Shown here piece after piece: positions 8,921-18,155 of a stretch of DNA of 64,000 nucleotides. How positions within the stretch are numbered: position 1 is the first letter of the stretch; each line of letters opens with the position of its first letter. The stretch lies in NCBI GenBank assembly GCA_039714775.1, contig JBDLIQ010000004.1, positions 20-64,019 of the forward strand, given 5' to 3'. A model generated the notes under the pieces. The model was not told where the DNA came from and did not search any database. It saw nothing but the letters and a program-made list of their open reading frames with translations. The translations under genes and the position numbers were made by a program. This DNA comes from Bacteroidota bacterium (GTDB lineage Bacteria; Bacteroidota; Bacteroidia; Bacteroidales; GCA-2748055).

Positions 8921-10417
8921 TCAATTTCCCCGGTCGGGATGCATGCCCCATTCGTAGCGTCTATTGGGATTGAAATCGGGATTGGGGAGAGGAGATTCTG
9001 CTCCTGCATCTTCTCTCCACAGCTCCAGCTCCTGAAACAGGTCTTCTGTTCTCTCCTGGTATATCGCTGTGAGGTCGGTGGTCTCCCCGATATCTTCTGC
9101 CAGGTTGTAGAGTTCACGGCTGTTATCGTCCAGGTGGTGGATCAGCTTCCAGTCGCCCTTGCGGATGGCAGAGGCCGGTTTGTCGTGGTGGTATACCGGG
9201 TAGTGCCAGAAGATGGCGCGCTCAGGATCGGGTTTGCTCCCCTCCAGCAAAGGCAACAGGCTGATGCCGTCAAACTCCTGGGACTCTGGAAGGGAGATGC
9301 CGGCCAGTTCGGTAAGGGTGGGGTAGAGGTCCACGCTGGAAACCAGGGCTTCACTAACCTGATGTGCCTCAATTTTTCCTGGCCAGCAGGCGATAAAAGG
9401 TTCCCGGATCCCCCCCTCATACACCGTCCCCTTCTCAGCCCTCAAAGGTGCGTTGGAGGAGGCCACATAGAGCAGGGTGTCACCCTTATAAATATACTGT
9501 TTCGGTTGGGCCAGCAGCGGAATCCGGTCAAACCGGCTGATCAGTCCCCCGTTGTCCGAAAAGAAGAGGACCAGTGTATTCTCTGACAATCCCTCTGCTT
9601 CCAGTTTCTCCAGGATCCTGCCCACGCTGTTGTCCAGATGCTCCACCATGGCTGCATAGACTGCATTGCAGGGATATCCCTCCACCTTCGCTTTGGCCAG
9701 GTACTTCTCAATCAGGGCTGAGTCTGCATCCAATTGCACATGGACATCATAGTGCGCCAGGTAGAGGAAGAAGGGATCCTCCTTATGGGTTTCGATGAAA
9801 TCAAGACTCAGGTCGGTGAGGGCCTCTGAGAGCACAGTGCCTGGTTCCACTTCAATGGGTGTGCTCATCTTCTCTGCATAGTGGAAGAAGCCGCCTCCCC
9901 GGTAAACATTGGTAGTTTCGAACCCATGGTTCCATGGCTGGTGCCTCTCTTCAAACCCCAGGTGCCACTTCCCGAAATAGCCGGTGGCATAGCCGGCCTC
10001 TTTCATCGACTCTCCAATGGTGATGATCTCTTCGGGGAGGTACTGGGTCCGGTTTGAAGGAACGGTCACCTCTTCATATGGACGCCAATGACCGGGGATG
10101 AAGTCAATGACCCCTACACGGGCGGGGTACTGTCCGGACATGATACTGGCCCTGGTGGGGGAGCAGACCGGACAGGCTGCATAGGCATCTGTAAAGCGGA
10201 TTCCCCTCTCTGCCATTCTGGTCAGGTTGGGCGCTTCATTAAACCGGTTGCCATATACAGGGAGATCGGCCCAGCCCATGTCATCGGCAAGGATGAATAC
10301 AATATTGGGTCTGGATCCTTTTAATGGGACCTCCTGCCGGCATCCTGAAGTGAACAGAAGAGAGAGCAGAAAGAGCAGTGTCAGGAAGAGGCTGAAGAGC
10401 GGGGTTGTTCTTTTCAT
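8921..10417 (-). CDS. Sulfatase (S1 family, formylglycine-dependent)
   Basis: ATG start and signal peptide, followed by NIVFILADDMGWADLPVYGN and the C-x-P-x-R core CSPTRASIMSGQYP. Confidence 0.9.
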   Translation of the reverse strand: MKRTTPLFSLFLTLLFLLSLLFTSGCRQEVPLKGSRPNIVFILADDMGWADLPVYGNRFNEAPNLTRMAERGIRFTDAYAACPVCSPTRASIMSGQYPARVGVIDFIPGHWRPYEEVTVPSNRTQYLPEEIITIGESMKEAGYATGYFGKWHLGFEERHQPWNHGFETTNVYRGGGFFHYAEKMSTPIEVEPGTVLSEALTDLSLDFIETHKEDPFFLYLAHYDVHVQLDADSALIEKYLAKAKVEGYPCNAVYAAMVEHLDNSVGRILEKLEAEGLSENTLVLFFSDNGGLISRFDRIPLLAQPKQYIYKGDTLLYVASSNAPLRAEKGTVYEGGIREPFIACWPGKIEAHQVSEALVSSVDLYPTLTELAGISLPESQEFDGISLLPLLEGSKPDPERAIFWHYPVYHHDKPASAIRKGDWKLIHHLDDNSRELYNLAEDIGETTDLTAIYQERTEDLFQELELWREDAGAESPLPNPDFNPNRRYEWGMHPDRGN

Positions 10418-10480
10418 CTGTTCCTGTATTTAAGTGTAAAACCTAAAGATATGCATTTTTCCGATGGACTTTTGTTTTCC

Positions 10481-10659
10481 GCAATGCAGCACCTCACAAT
10501 TGGAAATACAGATATAAAATATCCGTTTATTAACCTTATTGATGTCTTTTTGGATATTTTATATCCATTGATAGATATTTAATATCGGTAAAGCACCAAA
10601 TATGTATAGTAACTGGATATTTTATATCCATTGCTGTCCGTGCCGCGCATTGCAGCACC
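10481..10659. promoter_or_regulatory. Array of four 17-bp palindromes (TGGATAT-N3-ATATCCA type) bracketed by a 13-nt direct repeat; candidate operator cluster upstream of the sulfatase gene
   Basis: Two exact copies of TGGATATTTTATATCCATTG lie at 10551-10570 and 10614-10633. Two degenerate copies are CAGATATAAAATATCCG (10509-10525) and TAGATATTTAATATCGG (10572-10588). Palindrome centres fall at 10517, 10559, 10580 and 10622, giving spacings of 42, 21 and 42 bp. The flanking repeats are GCAATGCAGCACC (10481-10493) and GCATTGCAGCACC (10647-10659). Confidence 0.5.
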
Positions 10660-10754
10660 CAGTTTTGAATAACGATAAAGAATATCAAGGAGTTACTAAG
10701 ACGCGGGTGTCTTGTGCGGAAAACAAGAAAGATATGCAATTTTTCCGGGGGGCG

Positions 10755-11468
10755 TCAGAACCGGCCTGTTATACTGTAGGCTTCTGTATTACAGAATATC
10801 TGGCTGAAGAAACAGAATCCATCCCGGTTGGTCTCCATCTTCCGGTCGAGCCGAAGCATGGGGTGGGTCTCGGGGACTCCGAAATACTCCTGGATCATTT
10901 CGTCTGCTTTGATGGCGTGGATCTTCTGTTCTCCCCCCTTCACATCGATCTGGTAGTGCTTCCTCAGAACATCGAAAATGGATTTGTTCTCCAGGTTCCT
11001 GGATGTGAAACGTGGCAGGTTCAGGTTAGGGATCATGGTAATCTCATATAAAATGGGAACCTGGTTAATTAACCGTAATCGCTCCAGGTAGATGCAGCCT
11101 ACACTTTTCTGCTTTTCGGTAATTTCATAACTGAATGCGTTGTCCCAGCCCCTTATGTGAGGTTTGACTATGATTTGGGTGGTGAGGTTCTCCTGGCCGA
11201 CGGCCGAAGTGGTTCCGGAAAATGAGAGAATCCCGATCCCTTTCGGTTTTCCCTTTACAATGCTGCCCTTGCCCTGTTTTCGCACAATAAAACCTTCATT
11301 CACAAGCATATCCAGTGCATTCCTTACGGTGGGCCTGGTGAGGTTGTGAACCGCACATAACTCATTTTCAGAAGGGAGCAGGTCCCCGCTGTTGTAGGTG
11401 CCATCCTCGATCAGATGCCTCAGTTGCTCATAGAGCTTGCGGTATTGAGGAGCTTCTCTGTGTGCCAT
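10755..11468 (-). CDS. GntR-family transcriptional regulator, HutC-like (wHTH + UTRA effector domain)
   Basis: The ORF-track start at 11474 is GTG; an ATG at 11468 gives MAHREAPQYRKLYEQL... The GntR HTH pattern is LPSENELCAVHNLTRPTVRNALDMLVNEGFIVRKQGKGSIV. The C-terminal ~150 aa are UTRA-like. Confidence 0.85.
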   Translation of the reverse strand: MAHREAPQYRKLYEQLRHLIEDGTYNSGDLLPSENELCAVHNLTRPTVRNALDMLVNEGFIVRKQGKGSIVKGKPKGIGILSFSGTTSAVGQENLTTQIIVKPHIRGWDNAFSYEITEKQKSVGCIYLERLRLINQVPILYEITMIPNLNLPRFTSRNLENKSIFDVLRKHYQIDVKGGEQKIHAIKADEMIQEYFGVPETHPMLRLDRKMETNRDGFCFFSQIFCNTEAYSITGRF

Positions 11469-11487
11469 ATTCACTCGTTTTTGTCTG

Positions 11488-12690
11488 TTAACTCAACGAT
11501 TCCAGGATCTTCTTCACCTTTACATCAATGACTGCATGTTGTTTCTGGTCCAGTTTACAATGATCCGATAAAATGAGCTCCGGGTTCTCTTTGTAGATCT
11601 TTCTGAATTTCTGATCCTCGGGGTGATGATTTCCCTGTTCATCGGTGGCGTTGAAAAAACAACCTTTCACCCAGCCCTCCAGTATCAGGTTGAACTCCCT
11701 GTCCGCTTCAATGCCGGCCAGTATGGGGATCATCAGCCGGTCGTCGGAGTTCAGTTTCCGTGGGAGATCACACCCTACCCGGAAGATGGTGTCGCCCAGG
11801 GCACGGTTGGAGAACCGGTCCAGGAGATCGTCAATATGTTCTACCAACTGCTTAAGGGTGAATACATCGGGATAGAGCCCCTGCAGGATCTTTGCAGATT
11901 GCAGCATGGTATTTCGGGTGATCTCCTTTAGCTCTTTTATCTCCAACGCTTCCCATGTGAACCTGAGCTCAGGGTTGAGGTAGTTTGCATGGTATGCCAG
12001 GGTAGCGTGACCCATGTTATGAATAAAGATCTTCCGGTCCACCCACGCTTTCATGTTCACTTTTGGAGCCAGTCCCTCTACATCAGGTAGACCGTTCCGG
12101 AAACCCTGCATGTCTACAATCAGGTTGTTGTACGGTTCGGCCACCACCGAAAGCGGATCTTTTTTAAGTTGCTCACCGGTCATGATGGGTACCATCTTTC
12201 CGATGCTGGTCTCAATCAGTCCGATGTACTCCTCCACCGGCACTCCGGGCACCAGTGGTTTGATTGTTTCACGGAACAGCTCCGCAGCATCCCGGACGTT
12301 TTCGGCCATGATGATATCCAGGGGCTGATCTCTCCGGGTCCGGTACCGCTCCAGCACCCCATCGGCCATCAGCTCCGGCAGACTCAGGAGACCCCGTTTC
12401 CCCACCGAAGTGGCGATGAGATCCGATTCAATGATCTCCTTCTTAATGGCATCCCTGTCGGAGAGGAGCAGTGCAGAGATATTCTCAATCCTGCACACCC
12501 GCTCATTCTCCGGGTGGTTGCTGTCCGTGATCACCACATTGTATGCAGATGCATCATTCAGCATCTTTACCAGATGAGGATCAATATCTGCAAATACCAC
12601 CTTGTATCCTGACTGGCTAAACAGCGGACCGATAAATGATCTTCCTATCTTTCCTGCACCAAACAGCAGTAGTTTTTTCTTTCGTTTCAT
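11488..12690 (-). CDS. Mannitol-1-phosphate 5-dehydrogenase-like (mannitol dehydrogenase family) oxidoreductase
   Basis: The N-terminal Rossmann motif LLLFGAGKIGRSFIGPLFSQSGYKVVFADID closely resembles the MtlD N-terminus (HFGAGNIGRGFIG). No signal peptide, length about 400 aa. The ATG overlaps the GH3 stop by 1 nt (TAATG). Confidence 0.7.
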   Translation of the reverse strand: MKRKKKLLLFGAGKIGRSFIGPLFSQSGYKVVFADIDPHLVKMLNDASAYNVVITDSNHPENERVCRIENISALLLSDRDAIKKEIIESDLIATSVGKRGLLSLPELMADGVLERYRTRRDQPLDIIMAENVRDAAELFRETIKPLVPGVPVEEYIGLIETSIGKMVPIMTGEQLKKDPLSVVAEPYNNLIVDMQGFRNGLPDVEGLAPKVNMKAWVDRKIFIHNMGHATLAYHANYLNPELRFTWEALEIKELKEITRNTMLQSAKILQGLYPDVFTLKQLVEHIDDLLDRFSNRALGDTIFRVGCDLPRKLNSDDRLMIPILAGIEADREFNLILEGWVKGCFFNATDEQGNHHPEDQKFRKIYKENPELILSDHCKLDQKQHAVIDVKVKKILESLS

Positions 12691-15275
12691 TACTTGACTT
12701 GAATCTCTTTGGATAGTTTGATTGCCTGGGAGGAGCTGCCAACCATCAGTTCATACCGGCCGGGTTCCACTCTCCATGCATGTGCATCGCTGTCCCACTG
12801 TCTCAGCTCCCCAACCGGAAGTGTAAAGTGCACCTTTTTCGTTTCACCTTTAGCCAGATGGATCCGCTTGAATCCCTTCAACTCCCTGAGGGGCCCCTTT
12901 GCCGATGAGGAGAGACTTTTTGCATAGAGCTGAACCACCTCATCTCCGTCATAGGCTCCTGCATTGGATACATCCAGGGTCACCTCAATCTGATCGTCCG
13001 GATTGTTGCCGGTTTTCACGGTACCCAGATTGCTGTATTCGAATGTGGTGTAGCTAAGCCCGTAACCGAAGGGGTAGAGGGGATCTCCCTCGAAATAGCT
13101 GTAGGTTCGTCCCTTTGAGACCTCATAATCGTCGAAGGGGGGCAGGTCATTCACCGACCGGTAGTAGGTGAAGGGGAGCCGTCCCCCCGGATTGTAATCC
13201 CCGAAAAGCACCTGCGCAATGGCAGTGCCCCCGCTCTCTCCGGGATACCATGCATTGAGCACCGCGGGGATATGTGCATCGATCCAGTTGATCGACTGTG
13301 CGCTTCCTGCCACCAGGACCACCACGATGTTCGGATTGATACTGTTGAGCTGTTTGATGTACTCCCGCTGCTTCTGGGGCAGGTCGATGGAGGTGCGGTC
13401 GATCCCTTCCCGTTCGATGCTCTTATTAATTCCCAGGACAGCGATGACCAGGTCGCTCTCCCTGGCTGCATCCAGGTCGGCTGCAAAAATTCCGCTGTTG
13501 CCCTCTTTCGGTGTGTTCCAAATCAACTGACAGATGGCGGCACCCCCGTTGTCGAAATATTCAATTCTAACTTTCACTCTCTCTCCGGCTTTGAGGTGGG
13601 TGGTATAGAGATCGGTTGCCTCGGGGCGAATGATCCAGCTATCGATGACCAGTTCATCGTTGATCCACAGGCGTACTCCATCGTCTGTTTTCAGTGCCAG
13701 TTCATACCCTCCGGTTACAGGGGGGGTAAGGTAACCCGACCAGCGGATCGACATGGGGGAGGAGGGAACCACCGGGTCGGGCGGCTGGTTGATGGGGTCG
13801 AAATTGACCACCGCATCGACCCGCTCGCGAGCTTCTCCCGACAGCTCAATGTTTGTGAAATAGGAGGCTGAGAGTCCCGCTTCTCCCTCCTCCGTTGTGA
13901 GGAACCTGGTTTCAACCAGGTTGAACTTTTCGGTCGAGTGGCTCCATGGCACGGTGATGATCCCGGCATACCCCTCTGCTCTTTTTGTGATACCGGCCAG
14001 CGGGGTCACCGCTTCAATCACAGGGGTACCACTGTAATCCCCGAATTCGGCCCTGTCCGCATTGGGTCCCAGTACGGCAATCTTCTTATATTGTGAGAGA
14101 TCCAGAGGAAGTAATCCTCCTCTGTTTTTCAGCAGCACCATCGACTCCAGGGCTGTCTCAAGTGCCAGTTGCTGGTGCTTTTCCGATCCGATAATCTCAG
14201 GAGAGAGTGTTGTGTAGGGATTGTCGCCGGGGGGATCAAAGATTCCCAGTTTGAACCGTGCACGCAGTACGCGGTATGCTGCTGTGTCAATATCGGCCAT
14301 TGTCAGGCGCCCCTGCTCATAAGCCGCCCGCAGGTTCCTCCTGTAGGTCTCCCCGATACACTCCAGATCGACCCCGGCCTTCAACGCCTCCACTGCCGCT
14401 CCTGTGGTGTCTTCTGTATGGTGGTGGTGGCTGTGGAGGAAACCGACCGCTCCGCAATCGGAGACCACATAGCCATCAAAGCCCCACTCATCCCTTAGCA
14501 GGTCATTCAGCAGCCAGCTGTTGGCTGTACAGGGGACACCGTTGATGGCGTTATAGGCACTCATGACCGCTTCGGCACCACCCTCGGTAACCAACGCTCT
14601 GAATGCAGGGAGGTAGTACTCCCTGAGTGCCTCTTCGGAGATGGAGGCGTTGCACTCGAATCGGTTGTGCTCCTCGTTATTGGCTGCAAAGTGCTTGGGG
14701 GTGGATACCGCCTTAAGATATCGTGGGTGATCTCCCTGCAACCCTTTCACAAAGGCTACGCCCAGCCGGGAGGCCAGGTAGGGATCCTCCCCGTAGGTCT
14801 CTGGTGTGCGTCCCCATCGGGGATCCCTGGCCATGTTGACCGTGGGTGACCAGAAGGTGAGCAGGTCGCTGTAGTGAGCCAGCTGTTCTTCTCCCTGGTT
14901 ATAGAAGTTCCATCTGGCACGCGCCTCATCGGAGATGACAGCACTTACCCGGTGGATCAGCTCCGGATTCCATGTGGCAGCCAGTCCGATGGCCTGGGGG
15001 AAAACCGTGAAGTTTCCCGGTCTGACAATCCCGTGCAGCGCCTCATTGCCATGGTGGTACTTGTCTATACCGAGCCTGGGGATCGCCTCCGATGTGGCCA
15101 CCAGCAGGTTGATCTTCTCATCCAGGGTGAGCCTCTCCAGAAGGTCGCTGATCCGCTCCTCCATGGGAAGGGAGGTCTCCCGGAATGCAGGTTTGCAACT
15201 GTTCAGAACCATACCAGCCAAAACAAGGATGACTGCTGACAGGCGTGAAATGGTTGTTGCTTTTCGTCTGGTCAT
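12690..15275 (-). CDS. Glycoside hydrolase family 3 beta-glycosidase with inserted PA14 domain (lipoprotein)
   Basis: The ORF-track start at 15341 is TTG. An ATG at 15275 gives MTRRKATTISRLSAVILVLAGMVLNSC, a lipoprotein signal. The GH3 core reads KHFAANNEEHNRF...VMSAYNAINGVP...GYVVSDCGAV. The PA14-like insert reads SIRWSGYLTPPVTGGYELALKTDDGVRLWINDELV. Confidence 0.9.
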   Translation of the reverse strand: MTRRKATTISRLSAVILVLAGMVLNSCKPAFRETSLPMEERISDLLERLTLDEKINLLVATSEAIPRLGIDKYHHGNEALHGIVRPGNFTVFPQAIGLAATWNPELIHRVSAVISDEARARWNFYNQGEEQLAHYSDLLTFWSPTVNMARDPRWGRTPETYGEDPYLASRLGVAFVKGLQGDHPRYLKAVSTPKHFAANNEEHNRFECNASISEEALREYYLPAFRALVTEGGAEAVMSAYNAINGVPCTANSWLLNDLLRDEWGFDGYVVSDCGAVGFLHSHHHHTEDTTGAAVEALKAGVDLECIGETYRRNLRAAYEQGRLTMADIDTAAYRVLRARFKLGIFDPPGDNPYTTLSPEIIGSEKHQQLALETALESMVLLKNRGGLLPLDLSQYKKIAVLGPNADRAEFGDYSGTPVIEAVTPLAGITKRAEGYAGIITVPWSHSTEKFNLVETRFLTTEEGEAGLSASYFTNIELSGEARERVDAVVNFDPINQPPDPVVPSSPMSIRWSGYLTPPVTGGYELALKTDDGVRLWINDELVIDSWIIRPEATDLYTTHLKAGERVKVRIEYFDNGGAAICQLIWNTPKEGNSGIFAADLDAARESDLVIAVLGINKSIEREGIDRTSIDLPQKQREYIKQLNSINPNIVVVLVAGSAQSINWIDAHIPAVLNAWYPGESGGTAIAQVLFGDYNPGGRLPFTYYRSVNDLPPFDDYEVSKGRTYSYFEGDPLYPFGYGLSYTTFEYSNLGTVKTGNNPDDQIEVTLDVSNAGAYDGDEVVQLYAKSLSSSAKGPLRELKGFKRIHLAKGETKKVHFTLPVGELRQWDSDAHAWRVEPGRYELMVGSSSQAIKLSKEIQVK

Positions 15276-15405
15276 CTTATCTCCATTTAGGGTTATTGTA
15301 TAATTCAAGTAGGGTTGCTGAAAAGCAAGCCACGGTTCCAAAGATACAATAAATAATACAACTTATATATACAAGTTGCTGGTAGAATAGCTGATCAGAA
15401 TCGAT

Positions 15406-16278
15406 CTAATTATTTGACATGATGAGACGATTTGTAGCGAATCCTGTTTCGGAACTGGAGGTTACATCCAGCCTGAGAAGATAGATGCCTTCTTGTAAAT
15501 AGTCGGAAGTCCAGTTGATTTCATGGCGCCCGGGGAGTTGTTGCCGGTCCACCAGATGGGCAACCTCCTTCCCTAGGGTATTGAAAACCCTGAGAGTAAC
15601 GTAACTTGTATTTACCAGATTATATGTAATGGTTGTATGAGTCCCAAAGGGGTTGGGGTAACCGGAGAGATTAAATGAAGAGGTGTTTTCAGCAGTTGCC
15701 TCTTCTATTGACACCCCTGCAGGTCTCAGCAGGCGGACGTTATCAATATACATGCTTCTCAGGGGAGCACACGGATCCGTTGCATCGAACAGACGAAAAG
15801 CCAGCCAACAGCGTGCAGCATTATCCGGGGCTTTGGATATAACCGTCTTCTCTGTGTAAACACCGGTTAGTGGATGATCCTGAATTTCTTGTTTAATAAC
15901 CCCGCCAGCCGAATTAAAGAAACCGAGCGTAATTCTAACCTTAACGATTCGTGGATCAGCATTGGGTTCCCCTTTTACAAATGCCTTCAGTCTGTAAAAT
16001 ACACCTCCGGTTACAGGTACTCCTGCACTCCAGTTATCAAGTCCCCGGTCTGCAACAGATCCATAATCGGTGGCTAAATCAATCTTCATTGCATATTCAC
16101 CACTGATCGCATCGGTGGTGGTTGAGGTCGAACTTCCAACATTTTCAGGGACCTCGAAAAACCGCCAGTAGGTCATCCCGTTTTCAAAATCCCCGTTATA
16201 GGGTTCCATGATATCAACCTGGGAGTAAGCTGCAAGCACATTGAATAATGCTATTGCTGTCAATAATTTAACCTTCAT
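15406..16278 (-). CDS. Secreted CBM-like beta-sandwich protein with T9SS C-terminal domain
   Basis: ATG start and signal peptide. The NGDFENGMTYWRFFEV... module is homologous to the N-terminus of the 1310-aa protein at 46810-50742. The C-terminus is GYPNPFGTHTTITYNL...GIYLLRL, a T9SS CTD. Confidence 0.7.
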   Translation of the reverse strand: MKVKLLTAIALFNVLAAYSQVDIMEPYNGDFENGMTYWRFFEVPENVGSSTSTTTDAISGEYAMKIDLATDYGSVADRGLDNWSAGVPVTGGVFYRLKAFVKGEPNADPRIVKVRITLGFFNSAGGVIKQEIQDHPLTGVYTEKTVISKAPDNAARCWLAFRLFDATDPCAPLRSMYIDNVRLLRPAGVSIEEATAENTSSFNLSGYPNPFGTHTTITYNLVNTSYVTLRVFNTLGKEVAHLVDRQQLPGRHEINWTSDYLQEGIYLLRLDVTSSSETGFATNRLIMSNN

Positions 16279-16341
16279 ATTCTTAACTTTTTTGAGCGCG
16301 CTTAAGTCTGGTAAAAAAATGGGAAAGTCAACTTGTGAATG

Positions 16342-18102
16342 CTATTTCGATGAATAATACTCCTTAAATAGCCTGAAAAAATTATATGGATCCACTACTT
16401 CAATCTCTTTGTCCGGTCGTTTCTCTTTAAGCAGTTCAAGGGCATCGAATACCATGGTGGGAGTTGACCATACCACCCTGAAGAAGTAGAAGGCAGGTGT
16501 TGGTTCCGTGCAATGATATAGCATGGGAATGGCTGCAGACATCACATCTGCGGAAGCGTTGGCATTGTTAATCTGATTCACGGGGTTGAGCAGGTTCATA
16601 ACGGGCATGCCTTTCCACACATGGGGCTCAGGAGACTTACCCCCCGTGAAGTGAAGATCCATTACAATGGTAGCAAAACCATCCGGCGAGAATTGGGTAA
16701 ATGCATCCTTTACATCAGCCGTGGGCTCGTCCCAATCGAGTACCATGGGGGAGAGGGTCATGTCAAGCTGCTTATAGAACTTCTGGTTGTGTTCAATGAA
16801 AAGAGGAAGGTGCTCTGTGGCAATGCGGTTGGGATTCATATAGCCTGCAGCACTTGCATCGGCTGCAAAGTAATCGTTCTCTGAGTGGGTCTCATAGTAG
16901 TAGGAGATGATATCTGGGAAAGTCTCCACCAGGTTCGGATTGATGCCCCATAGTACCGGGATTTCACCCCTTCTTGGATCATCCCAGAATTTTGGCAGGA
17001 AATCATACAAGGGGGTTCCGGAATCGTAGTCGGCCATCAAAATGCAGATATAAGTTTTGTTTTCCAGCGGCTTCTCTTCTGCAGGACGGTGTTGCTTAAG
17101 CGGAAGCGATGGTGCCTGGCTGTGGAGTGACTGGTTGTAGCAGCTGCTGGCCACCGTGTTCTGGTAGCAGTTATAGGGGGAGATGAGGTAGACTGTTTCC
17201 CATTCCGTTGGGACAGGGTCATGGGCACTCGGGTGACCCGGAACATTGCTGTATTTGGAGAATGAGAAGAACCCGGCTACTTCTGTCATCTGTTGTCCGG
17301 CAGTCTGATTAAGGATTTCGGCAAGCATCACCTGGTAGGTGGCCAGATCCGTACCCAATTCCTGGCCGGGATCATCCCCGGGAGCTTCATCTCCCCAGGG
17401 AGATAGATCATAAACGAATGAACGGTTCACCACAGCCCAGTCCCTCGTTACCACATATCCGATATCACCTTTAGCACGGGTTGAAAAGGGATCTTCATAA
17501 AGGCAAAGCAGATGGTCAGAGCAGACTCCTTTTGCGAGGTATTCACGGATGGCCCAGCGGTAGGCATCGTTTTTTGCACTGCCTGTCTCAACTCCTGTGA
17601 ACATGCCGCGAAGATCCTTAATAACTGTTAATCCCCACTTTGTCAGATACCGCTCCGCATACTCCGGACTCAATACAATGCCATCTTCCACACCTGCAAT
17701 GGTGGTGGCCACATTCATTGATGCCGGCACGGCAGGATCCCAGATAATGGCTCCCTGAACTTGTCCCTCGGTAAGGGCAAATAGTGAATCGATATCTTCA
17801 AGAACTACGATTTCCCGTCCGCTGAGCCATCGCTCTTCCGACATCATAATATCCAGCCAGTAGTCTGGTGTGGTTTGTGTCGTTCCTGAGTTCTGAAGAA
17901 TATAAACCAATGTGGTATCCCGGTTGATTATACCCTGCAGGCATGCCACCGCCATCGCTTCATCGTATGATTCAACGGTGCCGTCTGATAACAGGGTATA
18001 GGTATAAAGTGGTAGTGATGGGGAAGAACCTTTCACAGTGATAGCACTGATTAGTAAAAAAACTCCCGCTAACAGCAGGGAACTTATATTTTTCTTTCTC
18101 AT
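16342..18102 (-). CDS. Secreted hypothetical protein, possibly GxGYxYP-family putative glycoside hydrolase
   Basis: ATG start and signal peptide. The size (586 aa), the position directly downstream of SusD/DUF3823 and a degenerate AAGYMNP motif fit that family. The assignment is tentative. Confidence 0.35.
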   Translation of the reverse strand: MRKKNISSLLLAGVFLLISAITVKGSSPSLPLYTYTLLSDGTVESYDEAMAVACLQGIINRDTTLVYILQNSGTTQTTPDYWLDIMMSEERWLSGREIVVLEDIDSLFALTEGQVQGAIIWDPAVPASMNVATTIAGVEDGIVLSPEYAERYLTKWGLTVIKDLRGMFTGVETGSAKNDAYRWAIREYLAKGVCSDHLLCLYEDPFSTRAKGDIGYVVTRDWAVVNRSFVYDLSPWGDEAPGDDPGQELGTDLATYQVMLAEILNQTAGQQMTEVAGFFSFSKYSNVPGHPSAHDPVPTEWETVYLISPYNCYQNTVASSCYNQSLHSQAPSLPLKQHRPAEEKPLENKTYICILMADYDSGTPLYDFLPKFWDDPRRGEIPVLWGINPNLVETFPDIISYYYETHSENDYFAADASAAGYMNPNRIATEHLPLFIEHNQKFYKQLDMTLSPMVLDWDEPTADVKDAFTQFSPDGFATIVMDLHFTGGKSPEPHVWKGMPVMNLLNPVNQINNANASADVMSAAIPMLYHCTEPTPAFYFFRVVWSTPTMVFDALELLKEKRPDKEIEVVDPYNFFRLFKEYYSSK

Positions 18103-18155
18103 TTGAAAAATTTGTGAATCTGTTTTTATTTCATACGATTAGCGTGTAGTCATTC

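Noticed and set aside
8656-9117. 153-aa - strand ORF spanning the convergent gap and overlapping the sulfatase 3' end.
   Set aside because: Its 5' half overlaps the well-supported sulfatase CDS in another frame. The non-overlapping part has no plausible start of its own and no recognisable domain. A decayed gene remnant cannot be excluded but is not supported.
10494-10646. The palindrome array considered as a miniature transposable element (MITE) with the 13-nt flanking direct repeat as a target-site duplication.
   Set aside because: The direct repeat is long and imperfect for a TSD. The palindromes start 15-16 nt inside it rather than forming the termini. No second copy of the unit is seen elsewhere in the 64 kb. 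It is kept as an alternative in the finding, but no mobile element is called.
10536-11051. ORFs 10536-10739 (-) and 10602-11051 (+) in or next to the sulfatase/GntR intergenic region.
   Set aside because: The repeated MDIKYP in the 67-aa product is simply the translated palindrome array. The 149-aa ORF is antisense to the GntR gene. Neither has coding support.
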